DNA from: an uncultured Chloroflexia bacterium
GTDB lineage: Bacteria; Chloroflexota; Anaerolineae; Anaerolineales; E44-bin32
Assembly: GCA_963783335.1 (NCBI GenBank)
Contig: CAWAND010000010.1
Coordinates: 1,397,990 to 1,461,989 of the forward strand
DNA length: 64,000 bases
Direction: 5' to 3'
Shown here: positions 45,857 through 55,899 of the stretch, piece by piece
Numbering within the stretch: position 1 is the first letter of the stretch
Layout of the letters: every line of letters starts with the position of its first letter
Notes under the pieces: model-generated
Databases searched by the model: none
What the model was told of the DNA's origin: nothing
What the model saw: the letters and a program-made list of their open reading frames with translations, nothing else
Made by a program: the position numbers and the translations under genes

Positions 45857-46255
45857 ATGGATATTCCAGACTCCGTTCAGGATCTGCTGTCGTTTGACAC
45901 CAAGGCGTTCGCTGTGTTGGCGACAGTCATGCCCGACGGACGTCCGCAGGCGACACCGGTTTGGTTTGATGTCAAGCAGGGTGATTTCAGGGTTAACACG
46001 GCTCGTGGCCGGGTCAAAGACCTGAACATGCGTAAACGCGGGGCCGTGGCCCTGACTGTTCTCGACCCCGATGATCCTTACCGATACCTTCAGGTTCGGG
46101 GCGAAGTCGTGGCACAATCCGAGCAGGATGCGAAGGCTCATCTTGACCAGCTGGCCCTGAAATACCATGGAGTCGAGCGCTACCCGGGCTCGACCGAAGG
46201 ACAAACCCGGGTCATCTACACCATCAAGGCGAACTCGTTCTTCACCAACAAGTGA
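45857..46255 (+). CDS. PPOX-class (FDOR) probable F420-dependent oxidoreductase
   Basis: 132 aa split-barrel. AVLATVMPDGRPQATPVWFDVKQGDFRVNTARGRVKDLNMRKRGAVALTVLDPDDPYRYLQVRGEV. Confidence 0.75.
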   Translation: MDIPDSVQDLLSFDTKAFAVLATVMPDGRPQATPVWFDVKQGDFRVNTARGRVKDLNMRKRGAVALTVLDPDDPYRYLQVRGEVVAQSEQDAKAHLDQLALKYHGVERYPGSTEGQTRVIYTIKANSFFTNK

Positions 46256-46866
46256 CCGAAACACAGAACGCATACCAGGAGCTCGTCGAAACCCGGCGCT
46301 CCATCCGCAAGTTCACCGGCCAACCGGTACCCCGGGCGGCCCTGCAGCGACTCCTGGAAGCCGCATGTATGGCCCCGTCGGCCCACAACCGGCAGCCGTG
46401 GCGTTTCGTCGTGCTGCAGGATTATGACCTCCGCCAGCAGCTGATTTCGGAAATGTCAGAACCATTTCGAGCCGATCTTGCCAAAGATGGCATGCCGCAA
46501 GACGAGATCGAACGGGCTGTGGAACGTGGACGGGATCGAATGTTGGGCGCGGCTGCAGTGGTCCTACTCTTCCTCACAATGGAAGGGATGGATAGCCATG
46601 TGGACAGCGTCAGACAAGCTGCCGAGCACACCATGGCCGTCCAGAGTGTATCGCTGGCGGCTGGTCAGCTGCTTTTGGCGGCCCACGCCGCCGGGCTTGG
46701 TGCATGCTGGGTGTGCTCGCCATTGTTTACACCGACGATTGTGCGGCGTGTCTTGGGGCTCCCGGCTTCCTGGGAGGCGCAGGGCATGATCGCGTTGGGC
46801 TATCCGGATGAAGAGGGGCGGGATCGCGACCGCAAAGCGCTCCGTGAGGTCGTATTGTGGCGCTGA
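46252..46866 (+). CDS. Nitroreductase-fold protein resembling the FbiB C-terminal (dehydro-F420-0 reductase) domain
   Basis: [28 protein letters not shown]. Overlaps both neighbours and sits between cofE and cofD. Confidence 0.7.
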   Translation: MTETQNAYQELVETRRSIRKFTGQPVPRAALQRLLEAACMAPSAHNRQPWRFVVLQDYDLRQQLISEMSEPFRADLAKDGMPQDEIERAVERGRDRMLGAAAVVLLFLTMEGMDSHVDSVRQAAEHTMAVQSVSLAAGQLLLAAHAAGLGACWVCSPLFTPTIVRRVLGLPASWEAQGMIALGYPDEEGRDRDRKALREVVLWR

Positions 46867-47810
46867 AGGTAACAGCCCTGGCCGGGGGTGTGGGAGGGGC
46901 CAAGCTGTTGGATGGCCTGGCGGCTGTGCTTCCGCCCGGACACCTGACGGCTGTGGTCAACACGGGGGATGATTTCGACCACCTGGGGCTCCGCATCTGC
47001 CCCGACCTGGATACGGTCTTGTATACGCTGGCCGGGATCGCCAATCCCAAGACCGGGTGGGGGCGAGTCAACGAAAGCTGGAACTTCATGGCCAGCGTCA
47101 GGGACTACGGCGGCGCCGACTGGTTTCAATTGGGGGACAAGGACGTGGCCCTGCACGTCCTCAGGACTCAGGCTCTGCGCCAGGGGACGCCGTTGAGCCG
47201 CTTCACGCAGCGCATGTCGCAGGCCTTGGGTGTGACCGTCCCAATCCTGCCGATGAGTGATGATCCGGTGCCGACCGTTGTTGAAACCGGCGAAGGCGAC
47301 CTCCCATTTCAGACCTATTTTGTGGCTCGCGGCTGCGAACCCGAAGTGAAAGGCTTTCGCTTTGAAGGCGCTTCCAGGGCAAGACCTGCGCCCGGTGTAT
47401 TGGAATCGCTGTTGCAGGCCGACCTGGTTGTACTGTGCCCTTCCAACCCGTGGGTAAGTCTGGACCCCATCCTGGCCGTCCCTGGTGTGCGCGAGGCCGT
47501 TGCCTCACGGCCCGTCGTTGGCGTTTCTCCCATTGTGGGGGGGAAGGCGCTCAAAGGGCCCGCCGCAAAGATGTTCCAGGAGCTCGGGTTGAAAGCTGAA
47601 GCAGGGGCCGTCGCCGAGCATTTCGAAGACTTGCTGGATGGGTTTGTGATTGACAATCAAGACAGGGATCAGGCCGACTCTGTACGAGATATGGGAATTC
47701 AGACGCTCGTGACGGCCACCGTGATGTTCGACGTTGCGGCACGCGCATCGCTGGCCGAAGACGTGCTTGGCCTGGGAAGAACCCTGACGAGAATGGAGAC
47801 AATTGCGTGA
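46857..47810 (+). CDS. cofD: 2-phospho-L-lactate (or EPPG) transferase
   Basis: GTG start. [54 protein letters not shown]. Confidence 0.88.
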   Translation: MALKVTALAGGVGGAKLLDGLAAVLPPGHLTAVVNTGDDFDHLGLRICPDLDTVLYTLAGIANPKTGWGRVNESWNFMASVRDYGGADWFQLGDKDVALHVLRTQALRQGTPLSRFTQRMSQALGVTVPILPMSDDPVPTVVETGEGDLPFQTYFVARGCEPEVKGFRFEGASRARPAPGVLESLLQADLVVLCPSNPWVSLDPILAVPGVREAVASRPVVGVSPIVGGKALKGPAAKMFQELGLKAEAGAVAEHFEDLLDGFVIDNQDRDQADSVRDMGIQTLVTATVMFDVAARASLAEDVLGLGRTLTRMETIA

Positions 47811-48442
47811 CAATTTGGGCCATTGTGCCTGTCAAACCGCTGCGCCGCTCCAAGTCCCGGCTTTCCGGAGTGCTCTCGGTAGAAGAGCGGGCCCTCCTCA
47901 GCAAGGAGCTTCTGACCCACACCTTGGATGTGCTGCGAGAGGTGCCAGACGTCGAACACACGCTGGTGATCAGCCGGGATTCGATGGCGCTCTCCGTGGC
48001 TCGCGACTTCGGTGCACGGACCGTCCAGGAAAACGGAACCCCCGAACTCAACCGGGCCCTGATCAGGGCTACCCTGGTGGCGCGGGGCTATGGCGTATCG
48101 CGTGTGCTCATCCTGCCAGCGGACCTTCCGCTCCTTTCGCGGGCTGACGTAGAGCGCTTGCTCTCCCTCGCTCATGACCCTCCGGTGGTCGTCGTCGCCC
48201 CAGATCGTCATGGCACTGGGACGAACGCTCTGCTGTCGGCTCCGCCTGGTTTGATAGAATATGACTTCGGACCGAATAGCTTCTCCAGACACGTTGCTCG
48301 GGCCAAAGCGTCTGGAGCCAGGCTGGAAGTTTGCGAACTGCCATCGCTCGCACTTGATGTGGATCTACCTGAGGACCTAGAAATCCTCAGATCTGAGCAA
48401 GGACAGCCGATCAAAGCCGCCGAGGAGATCCTAGGAACATGA
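47807..48442 (+). CDS. cofC: Phospholactate/PEP guanylyltransferase
   Basis: [40 protein letters not shown]. Confidence 0.85.
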   Translation: MTIWAIVPVKPLRRSKSRLSGVLSVEERALLSKELLTHTLDVLREVPDVEHTLVISRDSMALSVARDFGARTVQENGTPELNRALIRATLVARGYGVSRVLILPADLPLLSRADVERLLSLAHDPPVVVVAPDRHGTGTNALLSAPPGLIEYDFGPNSFSRHVARAKASGARLEVCELPSLALDVDLPEDLEILRSEQGQPIKAAEEILGT

Positions 48443-49437
48443 AGCGAGTAGCACTCTATCTTCAAGACGCACACGACCTGCGCGATGGATTGGACTACGT
48501 ACGCTACGCGGAAGAGAAGGGGTTTGAGGCCGTCTGGCAGGCCGAATCCCGCCTGGTCCGGGACGCCATCGTCCCGATGGCAGCCTATGCGGCTGTCACC
48601 GAGAAGATCAAAGTCGGCTCGGGCGTGATCAACAATTGGACCCGCAATATTGGCCTCCTCGCGTCTACCTTCCTGACCCTCGACGATTTGGCGCCAAATC
48701 GTGTGATTTGTGGCATCGGAGCTTGGTGGGATCCGCTGGCAAAGAACGTCGGCATCGACCGAAGGAAGCCTCTGACAGCCATGAGGGAGACGGTTGAAGT
48801 GCTGCGCAGGCTGCTCAGTTTGGAGCGCGTGACTTTTCATGGCGAGTTTCACCATGTGGAGGGCATTGAGCTGGACGTAGTCCACGGGCGTCGTGAACCG
48901 CGCAACGTGCCAATCTACATCGGGGCGACCGGTCCAAAGATGATGGAGTTGGCTGGCGAAATCGCCGACGGCGTGGTGATGAACTACTGCGTTCCCCCTG
49001 CCTACAACGATCCTGCCATGGAGCAGCTCGAGGCAGGTGCAGCCAAGGCGGGCCGTACGCTGGAAAGCATCGATCGACCTCAGCTGGTGGTGGCCTCGGT
49101 AGACAATGATCGGGCGAAGGCGCTCGATACGAGCCGGGAGCTGCTCACCCAGTACCTCGCCCAGCAGCCGCACATTGCCAAGGCCAGCGGCGTATCGCAG
49201 GACGTGGTCGACAAGATACAGGCAATCCTTGGCTGGCCGGCGACCCATGAGCAGATCCAGCAAGCCAAGCACCTCGTACCAGACGACCTGGTTGAGAGGA
49301 TCACGGCCTCGGGAACGCCTGAGGATGCCCGACGCAAGGTTCAGGAGTACATTGATCATGGCTGCACTTGCCCGATCCTGTACCCTGTTGGTGGCAGCGT
49401 TGAGCTTCTGATCGATACTTTCAGCCCGTCTGTTTGA
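48439..49437 (+). CDS. LLM-class (luciferase-like) probable F420-dependent oxidoreductase
   Basis: 332 aa TIM-barrel LLM pattern ([38 protein letters not shown]..). ATGA overlap with cofC. Confidence 0.75.
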   Translation: MKRVALYLQDAHDLRDGLDYVRYAEEKGFEAVWQAESRLVRDAIVPMAAYAAVTEKIKVGSGVINNWTRNIGLLASTFLTLDDLAPNRVICGIGAWWDPLAKNVGIDRRKPLTAMRETVEVLRRLLSLERVTFHGEFHHVEGIELDVVHGRREPRNVPIYIGATGPKMMELAGEIADGVVMNYCVPPAYNDPAMEQLEAGAAKAGRTLESIDRPQLVVASVDNDRAKALDTSRELLTQYLAQQPHIAKASGVSQDVVDKIQAILGWPATHEQIQQAKHLVPDDLVERITASGTPEDARRKVQEYIDHGCTCPILYPVGGSVELLIDTFSPSV

Positions 49438-49489
49438 CCGGGGTGGCATGCATCCATCGCCACCCTCAACATGAATTCGAGGGTGAAAG

Positions 49490-50014
49490 ATGGCTAGACA
49501 ACCTGAGCCGCACGGTGAACACGGCGGGTCCGTGAAGCAGCCGAATTCCCGCAACTGCTTCGCCTGCGGTCTTGAGAATCCATTTGGGCTGGGGCTGACG
49601 TTTTACGAAATCGGCCCCGACCGTCTTGAGTCCCACTACACTGTTCCCGAGCATTTTGAGGGATACCCCGGCGTGGTCCACGGCGGCATCATCGCATCCA
49701 TGTTGGATGAGATGGTCAGCCGGGCGGCGATGATCGGCCAGCACAATCGTTTCATGATGACCGCTAAGCTGGAGATCCGCTACCGCAAGCCGGTCCCGAC
49801 CGGTGAGGAACTGCACTTGCAGGCCCAGCTGACGCGGCCAGCCGGCAGGGTGGCCACGGCCAATGCCCGGATCACGCTTCTTGATGGATCCGTGGCGGCC
49901 GAGGCGGAAGCCACCCTGGCGCCGATGCCCGGGGGTCCAAAAGATGAGTCCTTGCTCGACTCCTTGGGGTGGAGGTTGTATCCTGATAATCCGACCGAGG
50001 CATCGGAAGGCTGA
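49490..50014 (+). CDS. PaaI/hotdog-fold thioesterase
   Basis: NCFACGLENPFGLGL..PGVVHGGIIASMLDE. Confidence 0.75.
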   Translation: MARQPEPHGEHGGSVKQPNSRNCFACGLENPFGLGLTFYEIGPDRLESHYTVPEHFEGYPGVVHGGIIASMLDEMVSRAAMIGQHNRFMMTAKLEIRYRKPVPTGEELHLQAQLTRPAGRVATANARITLLDGSVAAEAEATLAPMPGGPKDESLLDSLGWRLYPDNPTEASEG

Positions 50015-50067
50015 GCCGCCCAGGACCTGCGGATTCGAAAGGCCTGCCTTGCGAGGCGGATAGAAGC

Positions 50068-51411
50068 ATGAACAAAACGTATGTCGTTGGGCATGTGAAT
50101 CCGGACACAGATGCGATCGCATCCGCTGTGGGGTATGCGTGGCTGTTGAACGCTACAAACGGGGATCAAGTGCTGGCGGCACGGGCGGGAAACATCAACC
50201 GTCAGACGGCCTGGGTTCTCGATCGCCTCGGTCTCGTTACGCCCGAGCTGCTGGCGGATGCATCCCCCAGGTTCGGTGACGTCGCCAGGCGGTTGGACAG
50301 CGTTCTTCCCAGCCAGCCGCTGAGGGAAGCCTGGGCCATCGCCGGTCGCACCGGTTTCGCCGCTCCCGTGGTCGATGCCGATGGCATGCCTTATGGGTTG
50401 ATCACCGCGTTCAGCCTGTTTCGTCATCTCAGCCAGCTGGTGGGGGAACGCCCAGAGCAGCCTCAACAAAGGCTGGCTGAAATCTTCAATGAACCCAGCG
50501 ATGCGGCCGCGGACAAGGGCGTCCCGAAATTCCAGGCAAGCTGGAGGATCAGGGATCTCCTGCCCCGGATCCTGCGCGAGGAGCGCAACGAATTCTGGGT
50601 CATCAATGAGAGCGGCGCGTACCAGGGAGTCTGCCGCCAGCGAGACCTGCTCAATCCCCCGCGCATGCGCATTATCCTGGTTGACCACAATGAAGCCAAG
50701 CAGTCAGTCCGGTCTCTGAACGAAGCCGAGTTAATCGAAGTCGTTGATCACCATCGCCTGGACAATCCGGCCACGCGCACGCCGATTCGATTCTGGATTG
50801 AGCCCGTGGGAAGCACAAGCACCCTGGTGGCGGAGCGTATTCAGGAATCGGGCCTCAGCGCGCCACCGCCGCAAGCCGGCCTGCTGTTGGCCGGGATGCT
50901 TTCCGACACCTTGATCCTGGCATCACCCACCACCACCGACCGCGATCGCCGGACCGCGGAGGTTTTGGCGCGTTGGGCCTTCGTCGGCGGGGGCCCTCTG
51001 GCAGGTGAGACGATTGACAGCTTCGGGCGAGAGCTCCTTCAAGCCGGGGCTGGCTTGGTATCACGTGATCCAGAGGCGGTCGTCAACGGCGACCTGAAGG
51101 TCTACGAGGAGGGTCGGCAGAAATTCGCCATCTCCCAGGTTGAAGTCACCGATCACCTGGAATTGGCTGATCACCTCGAAGGATTGCGGGGCGCCCTGGA
51201 AACGCTACGAAAGGAGCATGGCCTGGATTTCGCCATGCTGATGATCACCGATGTGGTCGGCGGCTCCAGCCGACTGGTCCTTCAATCGGCACCGCCGGCG
51301 TTGGACGAGCTTCCGTTTCCCCATCTCCCGGACGGCACGCTGGATGCCAAAGGCGTCGTCTCACGCAAGAAACAGCTGCTGCCGACCGTGCTGGCTTTGC
51401 TCGAGGGATAG
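50068..51411 (+). CDS. ppaC: CBS-domain-containing family II (DHH) inorganic pyrophosphatase-like protein
   Basis: VVGHVNPDTDAIASAVGYAWL, CBS insert, ILVDHNE, VVDHHRL, DHHA2-like C-terminus. Confidence 0.75.
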   Translation: MNKTYVVGHVNPDTDAIASAVGYAWLLNATNGDQVLAARAGNINRQTAWVLDRLGLVTPELLADASPRFGDVARRLDSVLPSQPLREAWAIAGRTGFAAPVVDADGMPYGLITAFSLFRHLSQLVGERPEQPQQRLAEIFNEPSDAAADKGVPKFQASWRIRDLLPRILREERNEFWVINESGAYQGVCRQRDLLNPPRMRIILVDHNEAKQSVRSLNEAELIEVVDHHRLDNPATRTPIRFWIEPVGSTSTLVAERIQESGLSAPPPQAGLLLAGMLSDTLILASPTTTDRDRRTAEVLARWAFVGGGPLAGETIDSFGRELLQAGAGLVSRDPEAVVNGDLKVYEEGRQKFAISQVEVTDHLELADHLEGLRGALETLRKEHGLDFAMLMITDVVGGSSRLVLQSAPPALDELPFPHLPDGTLDAKGVVSRKKQLLPTVLALLEG

Positions 51412-52239
51412 ATGAGCATCTACTCTCGCTTGGCGGCACTGGAAGCCCAAGGAAAAGAAGCCGTTCTGGTCACCGTGGTGGCGGCTCGCGGATCGGTTCC
51501 CCGGCATGAAGGAAGCAAGATGCTTGTCCTGCCCGACGGCTCGATCGAGGGCACGATTGGCGGCGGAGAGATGGAACATCGTGTCATCGAAGAGGCGCTG
51601 GCAGCGCTTAAGGATGACCGTCTACGAGTCCAAGAGTACACATTCCAAGACCCAGCACAGGGTGACGTCGGGGTTTGTGGAGGAGAAATCCAAGTGGTGA
51701 TCGAGCCGGTCAAACCCAGTCCAAGTCTGCTGGTGATCGGGGCGGGCCATGTCGGCAATGCGGCTGCCCACCTGGGAAAGTGGTTGGGATTCGAAGTGAC
51801 GGTTGTGGATGACCGACCTGAGTTCGCTGAATCCGACGAGGTGCCAGACGTCGATCGCGTGGTAGCCTGCCCAATGGAAGATATCACCGACTGCGTGGAT
51901 GTTCATTCCCAGACGTATGTGTTGATGACAACCCGAGGCGTCGATTTGGATGTTGAGAGCTTACCCAAGCTTCTGGCCACGCCGGCTGCCTACATTGGTG
52001 TGATCGGGTCCAGACGCCGATGGGAGACCACGGTCGCGCAGCTCAGGCAGGCCGGAATCTCCGAAGAACAGATTTCGCGTGTGACCTCGCCGATGGGATT
52101 AGAATTGAACGCTGAAACACCAGAAGAAATCGCCGTTAGCGTGCTTGGGCAGGTGATCATGCTGCGCCGAGGAGGATCAGGAGATCCGATGGCGCACAAG
52201 CCCGCCCAACGCCGCAGCAAGGGAGCCGAGTCAGAATGA
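51412..52239 (+). CDS. xdhC: XdhC/CoxI-family Mo-cofactor insertion/sulfuration accessory protein
   Basis: ATG directly abuts the ppaC stop. AVLVTVVAARGSVPRHEGSKMLV..GTIGGGEMEH..LLVIGAGHVG. Confidence 0.85.
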   Translation: MSIYSRLAALEAQGKEAVLVTVVAARGSVPRHEGSKMLVLPDGSIEGTIGGGEMEHRVIEEALAALKDDRLRVQEYTFQDPAQGDVGVCGGEIQVVIEPVKPSPSLLVIGAGHVGNAAAHLGKWLGFEVTVVDDRPEFAESDEVPDVDRVVACPMEDITDCVDVHSQTYVLMTTRGVDLDVESLPKLLATPAAYIGVIGSRRRWETTVAQLRQAGISEEQISRVTSPMGLELNAETPEEIAVSVLGQVIMLRRGGSGDPMAHKPAQRRSKGAESE

Positions 52240-53681
52240 ATCTGTGGGACCGCTACCTCACCCCAACCAGCCTGGATGAGGCGATCCAGGCCCTTCACGA
52301 TAACCAGGGTAACGCCCGAATCGTTGCCGGCGCGACCGATTTGATTTTGGAGCTCGAACGCGGCCAGCGCCCGAACGTGACCACGTTGATTGACATCACC
52401 CGGATCCCGGGACTGGACATGATCCGGCAGGATGATGGCGTGGTCCACATGGGTCCGCTGGTGACACACAATCACTGTGCGACATCTTCCTTGATCGTTG
52501 ACCGAGCCTACGTACTTGCTCGAGCTTGTTGGGAAGTTGGGGCGCCCCAGATCCGCAACCGGGGTACCGTGGCTGGCAATCTGATCACTGCCTCTCCGGC
52601 CAACGACTCCATTCCAGCATTGATGGCCCTCGGCGCCCAGGTTCTCCTGCGTTCATATGAGGCTGAACGCCTCGTCCCCCTGGCAGACTTTTATGAAGGG
52701 GTGCGGAAGACCGTGATGCGGCCGGATGAGATGCTGGTGGACATTTCGTTCTCCCTGCCCGGCTCAAACTCCCGCAGCACCTTCCTCAAGCTCGGATTGC
52801 GTCGGGCGCAGGCCATCTCAATTGTCAATACCGCCGTTGTGCTCGAGATGAACGGTCAGATCGTTGATCGGGCGAGCATAACCCTGGGCTCTGTCGCCCC
52901 GACGATCGTAAATGCCGAAGCGGCTGAAGCCTCGCTCAGCGGCGTTTCGCTAACTCCGGAAACCATCGAACGGGCCGCCATAGCCGCCCAGTATGCTGCC
53001 CATCCGATTGACGACGTGCGCGGAAGCAGCGCCTATCGCGCGCAAATGGTCAAGACCATCGTCGGCCGTGCCCTTCGCAGCCTGGCAGCCGGAGACGAGC
53101 GTCAAGGCTACCCAGAACATCCGGTGACCCTGTGGGGTCCCGCCGAGTACCACTGGACCCGTGAGCTCGAAGCGGTTGAAGAGCATGATGCTCATCGGCC
53201 AATTCATACAACCATCAACGGCAAGCAGTATGTGTTCGACACTGGCCAGGGCAAGACGCTCCTGCGTCTCTTGCGTGAAGAAGGCGAGCTGATCGGCACC
53301 AAGGAAGGCTGCGCCGAGGGCGAATGTGGCGCATGCACCGTATTCTTGGACGGTATGGCGGTCATGGCATGCATGGTGCCCGCACCAAGGGCTCACGGGG
53401 CTGACATCATCACCGTTGAGGGTCTGGCCCACGGCGATCAGCTTCATCCCATTCAGCAGGCGTTTCTGGATCAAGGAGCGGTACAGTGCGGCTACTGTAC
53501 GCCGGGCTTTTTGATGTCGGGAGCGAAGCTCTTGGAGGAGCGCCAGCAACCGACTCGATGGGATATTCAGCAGTCGCTGACTGGAAATCTATGCCGTTGC
53601 ACCGGCTACTACAAGATTGTTGACGCCGTCGAACAGGCAGCCAGGGAAAGCGACCGATCGCTCCGATCGGCAGCTGACTAA
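52236..53681 (+). CDS. Xanthine-dehydrogenase-type hydroxylase, fused FAD-binding (CoxM-like) and 2x[2Fe-2S] (CoxS-like) subunit
   Basis: N-half RIVAGATDLILELERG..AGNLITASPANDS. C-half TINGKQY..GCAEGECGACTV..QCGYCTPGF..NLCRCTGY. Confidence 0.9.
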   Translation: MNLWDRYLTPTSLDEAIQALHDNQGNARIVAGATDLILELERGQRPNVTTLIDITRIPGLDMIRQDDGVVHMGPLVTHNHCATSSLIVDRAYVLARACWEVGAPQIRNRGTVAGNLITASPANDSIPALMALGAQVLLRSYEAERLVPLADFYEGVRKTVMRPDEMLVDISFSLPGSNSRSTFLKLGLRRAQAISIVNTAVVLEMNGQIVDRASITLGSVAPTIVNAEAAEASLSGVSLTPETIERAAIAAQYAAHPIDDVRGSSAYRAQMVKTIVGRALRSLAAGDERQGYPEHPVTLWGPAEYHWTRELEAVEEHDAHRPIHTTINGKQYVFDTGQGKTLLRLLREEGELIGTKEGCAEGECGACTVFLDGMAVMACMVPAPRAHGADIITVEGLAHGDQLHPIQQAFLDQGAVQCGYCTPGFLMSGAKLLEERQQPTRWDIQQSLTGNLCRCTGYYKIVDAVEQAARESDRSLRSAAD

Positions 53682-53736
53682 TCTGAGCGGAGCCAGCTTT
53701 TCGGCCAGGGCCGGAAACGGCCCGAAGGGACAGCTC

Positions 53737-54129
53737 ATGGGACGCGAATCATATCGCTACCGACAGCTTGACAAACAGCGAGAAGAACGCCAGCGGATGA
53801 ATCCGATCTGGCGCGGCGTGGGCTGCCTCATGATGGTGGCTTTCGCCGTGGCAGGATATGCGTTTTCGGGCTGGTTCCTGGCGGCTAACGCTCGCAACGG
53901 CTGGGTTTACCTCCCGCCGGCGGCTGTTCAGCCTCCATTCTTGCCTTCATGGCTGCCGTACGGATTGACGCCCCGGCTTGTGGTCGGGTTCCTGTTCCTG
54001 CTCTTGGGATTCGGCTTGGTGAGCTTCGTGTATGCCATCATGTTCCCGATCAAACCCAGTGAAACGGATGCCCCAACGCCCAAGCGCAGGAAGCAGAAGC
54101 GCGGGGTCTACCGGAGCAGAGGGCGCTAG
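53737..54129 (+). CDS. Small two-TM membrane protein with basic termini
   Basis: AAGGGA 6 nt before ATG 53737 (inside tracked ORF 53617..54129). GVGCLMMVAFAVAGYAF and LVVGFLFLLLGFGLVSFVYAIMF helices. Confidence 0.5.
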   Translation: MGRESYRYRQLDKQREERQRMNPIWRGVGCLMMVAFAVAGYAFSGWFLAANARNGWVYLPPAAVQPPFLPSWLPYGLTPRLVVGFLFLLLGFGLVSFVYAIMFPIKPSETDAPTPKRRKQKRGVYRSRGR

Positions 54130-54135
54130 GCCGAT

Positions 54136-55884
54136 ATGGATCGGACAGTTCCTCGCACTGGCTCAGAGGAAATCGAGCTTTACATCCGAACCTACTATTC
54201 CCTGCTGCGATCAACAGCCGATGTAGAGATTCGCACCTTGGAAGAAGTCCACGCCAGCATGGGTTCGCCACTCCATCCGGGAGCGCGCGCTGCGCTGCCG
54301 GATTTCTCGGCCTTTATCTACAGCTCGCTTCGCCTTCCACAGTGTATGGCCAAGGTAGAAAGGGTGATCCTCGGCCAGAGCCAGGACGTGTTTCGTTTGA
54401 AGGGTATCGGAGACGTTGAGGCGTGGACGCCGGCGGCGGCGAGAGCACGGCGCCGGTTGAGCTACTTCAACGGTGAGGACACGCTCGCCTGTTACATCGC
54501 TAGCCGTTCCGACATCGACGATATCATCCCGCTGCTGACTTCCTTTCAGATTGAGTGGAACAAGCTCCACCGTCTGATGGCTGGTGGGCAGGTGCGCAGC
54601 TATCTGGCCCAAGCCAAGGACGGAGATGATGATGTGGCCGTGTTCGCCCAAGGCCTGGGAGTGGACGCGGAAGAGATGGAACGCCTGCGAAGGGTGTGGG
54701 GAGAGGCTTTCTGGCCTCTCATGCGGGCGATTGCGGAGGGCGGGAAACGTCTGAAGGTGCGTCTCCTTTCGAGTTCTTTGAACGAATACCGGCGGGCCAC
54801 ACAGCTGTGGTGGGAACGAGTCGAGGAGTTGGAGCCGACATTGCTCAACCGGCCGGTCTACTTCGTCTCCAGCAACACGCACAGTCTGGCCAACTTGGTC
54901 TCCGGCTTTGCGCTGCGCCATGAAGATGAATTGATCCGCTTTGTGGACGACACGGGCCAGCCCGACTTGCAGGCGGAATGGCAGGGGATCGAGGCCGAGC
55001 AGGTGCGTTCCAGTCGCGAGAACTTCCTCTACTACGCGTTCAAACGATATATGGACTCGGATGACCCGTTTGGCCTGGTGGCCGGTCTGGCTGATGACGA
55101 AAGAAAGTCTGGTATCCTTCGCGTCCCCAGCGAGCACAGCTTTGATCTAGAAGCCCAGGTCTTCAACTTGTCTGAGATTCAACCCGGTTGGGTAGATCCG
55201 AGATTGGCAGATGAAGAGCTGGATCTGCTCAAACACAGCGACGCCCTGGTTGTGAACATTGACTACCCGCTTGGGATGGCGGCCTACCTCGTATTGGCCT
55301 ATGTCGCCACAAGGGTAGGCGAGCTGCGAGGCGTGTACGTCTTGGGGAAAGCAGCCACTCTCAACGCCATCGTGGGGGATGTCATGATCCCTCAGGTTAT
55401 CTACGATGAGCAGTCACTGAATACCTATCTGTTCGAGAATTGCTTCAAGGCTTCCGATGTCGATCAGGAGCTGATGTATGGGACCGTCCTCGACAATCAG
55501 AAGGCCGTCAGTGTGCGAGGGACCTTCTTGCAGACACCCAGGTACATGGACGTCTTCTATCGCGAAGGCTACACCGACATCGAAATGGAAGCCGGTCCCT
55601 ATCTTTCGGCGATTTACGAACTTGCTCGACCCAAACGCTACCCCGACAATGAGATTGTCAATCTGCACGAGCTTCCCTTCGAGCTGGGCATCCTGCACTA
55701 CGCATCAGATACCCCGTTGAGCAAAGGGCGCAATCTCGGTGCCGGGACGCTTTCCTACTATGGAATGGATCCAACCTATGCCACCAGCCTGGCCGTCCTG
55801 AGGCGCATTTTTCGATCTGAAATCAGGCGTCTTGGGCCCCGCCGGGCTCAGATGGGCGAGGCGGCGGCATCAACACATCAATGA
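54136..55884 (+). CDS. Two-domain protein: unrecognised ~380-aa N-domain + AMP-nucleosidase-like nucleoside phosphorylase-I catalytic domain
   Basis: C-domain has VVNIDYPLGMAAY..VLGKAATLNAIVGDVMIPQVIYDE..TDIEMEAGPY. This parallels the Amn/PNP-UDP pattern (NIGVGPSNA..GHCGGL..GDYVL..VEMES). Confidence 0.65.
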   Translation: MDRTVPRTGSEEIELYIRTYYSLLRSTADVEIRTLEEVHASMGSPLHPGARAALPDFSAFIYSSLRLPQCMAKVERVILGQSQDVFRLKGIGDVEAWTPAAARARRRLSYFNGEDTLACYIASRSDIDDIIPLLTSFQIEWNKLHRLMAGGQVRSYLAQAKDGDDDVAVFAQGLGVDAEEMERLRRVWGEAFWPLMRAIAEGGKRLKVRLLSSSLNEYRRATQLWWERVEELEPTLLNRPVYFVSSNTHSLANLVSGFALRHEDELIRFVDDTGQPDLQAEWQGIEAEQVRSSRENFLYYAFKRYMDSDDPFGLVAGLADDERKSGILRVPSEHSFDLEAQVFNLSEIQPGWVDPRLADEELDLLKHSDALVVNIDYPLGMAAYLVLAYVATRVGELRGVYVLGKAATLNAIVGDVMIPQVIYDEQSLNTYLFENCFKASDVDQELMYGTVLDNQKAVSVRGTFLQTPRYMDVFYREGYTDIEMEAGPYLSAIYELARPKRYPDNEIVNLHELPFELGILHYASDTPLSKGRNLGAGTLSYYGMDPTYATSLAVLRRIFRSEIRRLGPRRAQMGEAAASTHQ

Positions 55885-55899
55885 AATGAGGTCAGACGC

